Shown here piece after piece: positions 27,318 to 32,503 of a stretch of DNA of 32,503 nucleotides. Every line of letters starts with the position of its first letter. The first letter of the stretch is position 1. The notes under the pieces were generated by a model. That model was not told the DNA's origin. It did no database searches and saw only the letters and a list, made by a program, of their open reading frames with translations. Made by a program: the position numbers and the translations under genes. The stretch is from Campylobacterota bacterium (GTDB lineage Bacteria; Campylobacterota; Campylobacteria; Campylobacterales; Sulfurimonadaceae): positions 1 through 32,503 of the forward strand of contig JAYEKO010000074.1 in assembly GCA_034661055.1 (NCBI GenBank). Direction: 5' to 3'.

Positions 27318-28613
27318 CTATTTTCCATAAAGATTACAGCAGAGTTTTGAATAGAGATGTAGCGATGCAATAGTACCATCATATTCATCGTCTCTATTTC
27401 TAAGTGTAATATCTGCACCCATAGCATCAGCAGCACTTTTTGCCAAAAATAGTCCTAGGCCTGCACCGCTTTTGTTTCCTTGACGCTTAAATGGTGCAAA
27501 AAGATCAACACTGTCATCGATACCACACCCCTCGTCAATAACTTCTATCAGCAAGCCAGTGTCATCAAGATAACTCTGTAATATAACCTTTTTTCCTTTT
27601 GGAGTGAACTTGAGGGCATTTTGTAAAAAGTTTTGAATAACCTGATTTAGTAGCTGTGTTTGAAGAGTTGCTGCATACTCACCTGGAGCTAGTGATATCT
27701 CAAGGTTTTTACCTTCGCTCTCTGCCAAAAGAGAAAAGTCATTGGCTTTACCCTTTAGGAATTCTATAATATCGACATCAATTGGATTTTCAAGTTGTGC
27801 CCCTTCTTGACGACCAATATTTAAGATATGACCAACAAGTTGATTCATCTCATCAACAGTCTTGTTTGTGACCTTAATAGCGTCAATATATTCCTTGCTA
27901 TCACGTTTTTTAATTAATGTAACTTGATTTTTAAGTTTAATGATTGCTAGTGGTGTCTTGAGTTCATGTGCGGTACCAATAAAGAGCTCTTTTTGGTACT
28001 TAACAAAGTTTTGAATACGACCAATGAGGTGATTAATTGTCTCACCAAGAGGTTCGAACTCTTCAGGAAGCTCTTCTGTTTTAATGGGTCGTATCATATG
28101 TTCATTCATATTTGAGAGCTTACGACTTAGAGTTGTAAGTGGTGCAGTAAGCATTTTAGAGAGTGCAATTGCATAGATAATAATTAAGATAAAGCCTATA
28201 GCATTAATTAGAAAAATAGAGTTAAGAATTTTTTTAAAGAGCTTTTTAGTTGGCGAAATGTCTCGAGTGATTTGAAGGTAAAGTTTATTTTGAAATTCAA
28301 AAGGGTAGTGGAGCCTTAGATAGGTACGTTTTGCTTTCATAAATTCTGTAAAAAGAGGCTCCTGATTACTCTGGTATGCTACAAGTTCTACAGAGACTCC
28401 TAAGAGGATATCTGTATCATTACGCTTAGCATCAAGTAGTGATTGATAGGTCGAAATATTATGTGCTAGCTGTGTTAACTCTTCACGCCGCTCTTCATAA
28501 ATAGAATTTTGAATATAAAAAAATAGGATGGATGAAAAGAGAGACAATAGTGCAGCCGAGGCAACAATTAGCTGAATTAAAAAACGATTTTTGATACTTC
28601 TTTGAGAAAGCAA
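27318..28613 (-). CDS. Sensor histidine kinase (2 TM, HAMP, HisKA, HATPase), CosS-like by position
   Basis: AHELKTPL, NFLQNALKF, DEGCGI, GAGLGL; directly downstream of hsrA/cosR. Confidence 0.9.
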   Translation of the reverse strand: MLSQRSIKNRFLIQLIVASAALLSLFSSILFFYIQNSIYEERREELTQLAHNISTYQSLLDAKRNDTDILLGVSVELVAYQSNQEPLFTEFMKAKRTYLRLHYPFEFQNKLYLQITRDISPTKKLFKKILNSIFLINAIGFILIIIYAIALSKMLTAPLTTLSRKLSNMNEHMIRPIKTEELPEEFEPLGETINHLIGRIQNFVKYQKELFIGTAHELKTPLAIIKLKNQVTLIKKRDSKEYIDAIKVTNKTVDEMNQLVGHILNIGRQEGAQLENPIDVDIIEFLKGKANDFSLLAESEGKNLEISLAPGEYAATLQTQLLNQVIQNFLQNALKFTPKGKKVILQSYLDDTGLLIEVIDEGCGIDDSVDLFAPFKRQGNKSGAGLGLFLAKSAADAMGADITLRNRDDEYDGTIASLHLYSKLCCNLYGK

Positions 28614-28736
28614 TATTGCATCCTTACTTAGTCAGTGTGTAAGGTATTGTACAGTGAATTATATTAAATGGGGTATAAAAGAGGTAAGGCCCTTTAAAAA
28701 AGAGCACTTACTTATAAATGTGTTGCAGGAGAGGTT

Positions 28737-29408
28737 TTAAATCTCTTTTGGAAAACAGAAACGGTATCCACGACGACGTACCGTTTCAATGGTTGTAATA
28801 TTTAATGGTTTATCCATTTTTTGACGAATTTGATTAATTGCAACTTCAATTACATTTGGAGTTACTAGCTCTGGTTCTTCCCAGATAGCATCAAGAAGTT
28901 GCTCTTTAGAGACAATTTGATCACGGTGACGTGCTAAGTGAGTTAATACTTCAAAAGGTTTCCCTTTGAGTTCAATCTCTTTCTCTTTATAGATGATTTT
29001 TTCTTCTTCAGGGTTAATAGTAAGGTCTTCGATTTCGATGATATTACTTCCACCAAAACGAAGACGTGCTTCAATTCGTGCTACAAGAACTTCAAAGTCA
29101 AATGGCTTACGAATATAGTCATCAGCACCTGCCCGTAACGCTTCGATTTCACTCTCGTTATCATCACGAGCTGAAAGTACTACAACTACAGTCTTAGGTG
29201 TATTTGTTTTAATGTCTGGAATAATATCAATTGCATTTCCGTCAGGAAGCATCCAGTCAGTTAAAACTAAGTCATAGTTACGAATGTCAAGATAGTATTC
29301 ACCATCTTTTAAATTCTCTACAACATCACTTTGGTAACCGAACTCTTTAAGACCTTCAGCTAACATTTTGTTTAATGTGATTTCATCTTCAATAATTAAA
29401 ATACGCAT
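28737..29408 (-). CDS. hsrA: OmpR-family homeostatic response regulator HsrA/CosR
   Basis: GEYYLDIRNYDLVL, LKGKPFEVLTHLARHRDQIVSKEQLLDAIWEEPELVTPNVIEVAINQIRQKMDKPL, TVRRRGYRF; synteny with folB/plsY/fdx/ppx; start ATG 29408. Confidence 0.93.
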   Translation of the reverse strand: MRILIIEDEITLNKMLAEGLKEFGYQSDVVENLKDGEYYLDIRNYDLVLTDWMLPDGNAIDIIPDIKTNTPKTVVVVLSARDDNESEIEALRAGADDYIRKPFDFEVLVARIEARLRFGGSNIIEIEDLTINPEEEKIIYKEKEIELKGKPFEVLTHLARHRDQIVSKEQLLDAIWEEPELVTPNVIEVAINQIRQKMDKPLNITTIETVRRRGYRFCFPKEI

Positions 29409-29437
29409 TATGTTCCTAGGGGGTAAAATTTTGGCGA

Positions 29438-29446
29438 ATTGTAGCA
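29438..29446 (-). promoter_or_regulatory. Extended -10 promoter of hsrA
   Basis: TGcTACAAT 30 nt upstream of the ATG; AGGA SD. Confidence 0.6.
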
Positions 29447-29496
29447 TACTTTTAAGTAAATTTAAAGCTTTTTTTCAATTTTCTTTAAAATTTCTT

Positions 29497-29829
29497 TCAA
29501 CTTCCTTTAAAGATTGCCTTGTTACCGACTGATACAGTACAGTTGTTTAATATGTCTGGTTTAGTGATTTTAAGCTCTAATATAGAAATATTTGGAAATT
29601 TTACATGTATTTTTTTTTCAAGATGCAGTAAGGCCTCTTCAATAAGCTGAAATTTTTCAGATTTTATCTCTGCTTCAATCAGTTCGGCTACTACCGCGTA
29701 GTTAATAAAATTACTACTATATTCATACTCAATTTGACAATCTACAAGAACTTTTTGTTCTGTAATGCGTTCAAAGTCTAAAAGACCAATAATGGCCTTA
29801 AATGTTAAGTTGTTGATGTTAATAGTCAT
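29497..29829 (-). CDS. folB: Dihydroneopterin aldolase
   Basis: IIGLLDFER..EQ, FINYA, FQLIEEA, ITKP; synteny with plsY. Confidence 0.85.
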   Translation of the reverse strand: MTININNLTFKAIIGLLDFERITEQKVLVDCQIEYEYSSNFINYAVVAELIEAEIKSEKFQLIEEALLHLEKKIHVKFPNISILELKITKPDILNNCTVSVGNKAIFKGS

Positions 29830-30440
29830 GCAACTCGTTTTTCTTCACCTTGAAATAGACGAACAATATTTGGAATATGCTTATAAAAAAGTATAAAAGC
29901 AATAAAAATAACAGGAGAGTGTGCGATATTAGCATGAATGTAAAAACTTGCAATGACTAGAGCAGTTAAGCCAAGAAGTGATGAGACCGAAGATATTTTA
30001 AGAAGTTTGGCACTGACTCCCCAGACTATAGCACCAATAAGTGTTTCAACTGGTAGAAGAATTAAAAAGACACCCATGCCTGTTGCAATACCTTTACCAC
30101 CTTCAAATCCTAGGTAGGGGCTAAAGCAGTGACCAAGAACAGCTAAAACAGCGATTCCCCACTGTGTTGCTTCACTGACACCAATGAGTTGAGCAATAAG
30201 AAGAACGACAACACCTTTGAGCGCATCAAGAGCCAAGGTAGAGGCTCCAAGTTTTTTAGCAAGTGAAGGGTCTGTCTCTTTAATAACCCTCATAACATTG
30301 GTAGCTCCAATGCTTTTAGAGCCACTTTCTTGGACATTGACACCAGTAAAATATTTAGCCAGCAACAGACCAAAAGGAATACCACCAATAAGGTAAGCGG
30401 CAATAAAAAACTGTACATTTGTGTTGAATAAAAATTCCAT
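29826..30440 (-). CDS. plsY: Glycerol-3-phosphate acyltransferase PlsY
   Basis: YLIGGIPFG, GSKSIGATNVMR, DALKG, GHCFS...GGKGIAT, HIPNIVRL. Confidence 0.95.
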   Translation of the reverse strand: MEFLFNTNVQFFIAAYLIGGIPFGLLLAKYFTGVNVQESGSKSIGATNVMRVIKETDPSLAKKLGASTLALDALKGVVVLLIAQLIGVSEATQWGIAVLAVLGHCFSPYLGFEGGKGIATGMGVFLILLPVETLIGAIVWGVSAKLLKISSVSSLLGLTALVIASFYIHANIAHSPVIFIAFILFYKHIPNIVRLFQGEEKRVA

Positions 30441-30529
30441 TGAAATCCTATATGTAAATAATAATTTTAAAATATTACAGTAAAACTCGTTATAATTGCA
30501 TTAATTTAGAGATGAGTAAAGGAGTGTGT

Positions 30530-31528
30530 TTGAACTACACAACTCAAGAGTTAAAAGAGAAGATTAACGAATTAAAAAAGAGTTTAAATGTGACGGTGGT
30601 TGCACATTTTTATCAAAGAGATGAAGTATTTGAAATGGGTGATATTACGGGAGACTCACTAGAGTTAGCTCGTAAGACAATGAATGATGAGTCAGAATAT
30701 GTCTTATTTTGTGGTGTCGGTTTTATGGGACAGAGTGTTAAAATCATGAGCCCAAATAAGCGTGTGGTCATGCCTAAAATAGCATGTTGTGCTATGGCTA
30801 GTATGATTGGTGGTGAGCAGTATGATAACACCGTAAAAATCTTAGAAGCTAATGGTATTGCTAAAGATAATATCATGCCAATTACCTACATTAACTCTGA
30901 TGCAGATGTGAAAGCACGTGTAGGAAAGATGGGCGGTATGGTGTGCACGAGCTCTAATGCAAAAATTATTATTACCAAAGCGTTAGAGGCCGGAAAAAAA
31001 ATTCTTTTTGTTCCTGATCGCTGTTTAGGACAGAATATTGCAAATGATATGGGTTTAGCCTCATGTGTCATCGGCGATGGAACAGATCCAAACGCTGCAG
31101 ATGTTATCTGTTATGACGGTTTTTGTTCAGTGCATCAACTTTTTAGTGTGGATGATATTAACTTTTATCGTAAAAAATATCCTAGCATTAAAATAGTAAC
31201 ACATCCTGAATGTGACCCTGCGGTGTGTGATGCTTCTGACTTTGTTGGCTCAACGTCACAGATTATTAAATATATTAAAGAGATTCCATTAGATCAAAAA
31301 GTGGCAGTAGGAACGGAGTTTAACTTGGTTAATCGTCTTCGCAAAAAGAACACTTATGTACTCTCTTCTACAAAACCGGAATGTCCAACCATGAATGAGA
31401 CAACATTAGAGCATGTATATGAGACATTAAAGGCTATTGACGAGGGTGCACCAATTAATGAGATAGAGGTTGATGAAGATACTCAAAAATGGGCAAAAAT
31501 TGCACTAGAGAGAATGTTAGCACTATGA
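30530..31528 (+). CDS. nadA: Quinolinate synthase
   Basis: AHFYQ, GDSLELA, FCGVGFM, CTSSNA, CSVH, HPEC, GST, CPTM; AAGGAG SD before TTG 30530. Confidence 0.95.
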   Translation: MNYTTQELKEKINELKKSLNVTVVAHFYQRDEVFEMGDITGDSLELARKTMNDESEYVLFCGVGFMGQSVKIMSPNKRVVMPKIACCAMASMIGGEQYDNTVKILEANGIAKDNIMPITYINSDADVKARVGKMGGMVCTSSNAKIIITKALEAGKKILFVPDRCLGQNIANDMGLASCVIGDGTDPNAADVICYDGFCSVHQLFSVDDINFYRKKYPSIKIVTHPECDPAVCDASDFVGSTSQIIKYIKEIPLDQKVAVGTEFNLVNRLRKKNTYVLSSTKPECPTMNETTLEHVYETLKAIDEGAPINEIEVDEDTQKWAKIALERMLAL

Positions 31529-32340
31529 TTAAGAGGTTTATTCGTGAAGTTTTAGCAGAAGATGTAGGTCGTGGAGATCTCTATGCACTAGTTTCTGATA
31601 GTAGCCCGGCAAAGGCGAAAATTATTGCAAAAAGTGACGGTATTCTTGCTGGTCGTAGCTATATAGATACACTTGCAAAGATGGAGGGCTTTAAAGTAAC
31701 TTGGAAGTTCAAAGACTCAGATATTTTTGATAATGGTGACCTTTTGGCAGTTATTACAGGCGATTCTCATACGCTACTACGCATTGAACGGACCCTTTTA
31801 AATATGCTACTTCACGCTTCTTCTATTGCAACGCTTACTCGAAAGTTTGTAGATATTGTCGAACCTTACGGTACTAAACTTCTAGACACCCGAAAGACAC
31901 GACCGCTTCTAAGAGTGTTTGAAAAGTATGCAACACGCTGTGGTGGAGCAGTGAATCACCGTTTAGGTCTGGATGACTGTCTTATGCTTAAAGATACCCA
32001 CTTAAAGACCATAGATGATTTACATGTATTTATGAAAGAGGCACGCAAGCAGATTCCTTTTACTTCAAAAATTGAGATAGAAGCAGAGAGTTTTGGTCAG
32101 GCAAAAGAGTTTATGAAAGTAGGTGCTGATATTGTCATGTGTGACAATATGACACCAGAACAGCTAAAAGAAGTAGTAGTTTATAAAAAAGAGAACTACC
32201 CATCTATTTTGCTAGAAGCTAGTGGAAATATCTCATTAGAGACGGTAGAGTCCTATGCAAAAACAGGTGTCGATGCCATTAGCTCTGGCTCTCTTATTCA
32301 TCAAGCAAATTGGATTGATATCTCGATGAAGATGCAGTAA
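31525..32340 (+). CDS. nadC: Nicotinate-nucleotide pyrophosphorylase (QPRTase)
   Basis: DTRKTRP, NHRLGLDD.LMLKDTH, EASGNI, GVDAIS; ATG overlaps the nadA stop. Confidence 0.95.
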   Translation: MIKRFIREVLAEDVGRGDLYALVSDSSPAKAKIIAKSDGILAGRSYIDTLAKMEGFKVTWKFKDSDIFDNGDLLAVITGDSHTLLRIERTLLNMLLHASSIATLTRKFVDIVEPYGTKLLDTRKTRPLLRVFEKYATRCGGAVNHRLGLDDCLMLKDTHLKTIDDLHVFMKEARKQIPFTSKIEIEAESFGQAKEFMKVGADIVMCDNMTPEQLKEVVVYKKENYPSILLEASGNISLETVESYAKTGVDAISSGSLIHQANWIDISMKMQ

Positions 32341-32384
32341 GAAATCTAGTCTTACTTACGCATGTAGTTTAGATTGCAGTATGT

Positions 32385-32407
32385 ATTCCCAAGTAGAACT
32401 TGGGAAT
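32385..32407. repeat. REP-like palindrome or bidirectional terminator
   Basis: attcccaagt-aga-acttgggaat, perfect 10-bp arms, between convergent genes. Confidence 0.6.
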
Positions 32408-32450
32408 TTCCACCTTTAAAATACATTAATAACTATGCCAATTTTAACAT

Positions 32451-32503
32451 TTATTCAACTCTACTAAAAATACCAGTATATTCACCATCTGGTGATTTAA
32501 ACG
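32451..32503 (-). CDS. 3' end of a gene entering from beyond the window
   Basis: Open frame ...FKSPDGEYTGIFSRVE* ending at TAA 32451-32453; too short to identify. Confidence 0.4.
   Translation of the reverse strand, partial: FKSPDGEYTGIFSRVE

Noticed and set aside
2737..31071. Many 60-126 aa ORFs nested in or antisense to long genes (e.g. 3085-3393, 22958-23278, 23760-24140)
   Set aside because: Fully overlap well-supported genes, with no recognisable motifs; shadow ORFs
29409..31524. Longer ORF-track starts for hsrA (29447), nadA (30512) and nadC (31489)
   Set aside because: Downstream starts have SD motifs or stop/start overlaps and match family N-termini; the hsrA extension overlaps its promoter
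1..32503. CRISPR array, transposase, prophage or defence genes; MoxR/vWA read as an anti-phage system
   Set aside because: No regularly spaced repeats or mobile-element genes seen; the MoxR context (DUF58, BatA/B/D) is the Bat type with no nuclease effector

Overview
AT-rich bacterial chromosome segment. Gene content and synteny (ppx-fdx-[kinase]-hsrA/cosR-folB-plsY, divergent tyrA/bamA, TGnTAnAAT promoters) point to a free-living Campylobacterota (Sulfurimonas/Sulfurovum-like). From left to right: a lapG-lapD c-di-GMP receptor/protease pair (lapD runs off the left edge and is missing from the ORF track), a lipoprotein, metF, serB, two small hypotheticals, an ankyrin-repeat gene, tRNA-Glu and tRNA-Lys, then a 14 kb envelope locus. 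In that locus two diverged paralogous batA-batB/C-batD (vWA/TPR) sets flank a three-gene module (TonB-dependent receptor-like barrel, YfiR-like periplasmic protein, membrane GGDEF-EAL enzyme), with a single MoxR AAA+/DUF58 pair. Housekeeping genes follow (tyrA, bamA, ppx, ferredoxin, sensor kinase plus HsrA/CosR, folB, plsY, nadA, nadC). The best candidate for an undescribed system is the outer-membrane receptor / YfiR-like / c-di-GMP module nested in a duplicated Bat-MoxR operon, with a LapD/LapG output about 10 kb away. No CRISPR array, transposase or integrase was seen. All calls come from motif reading; no database searches were run.
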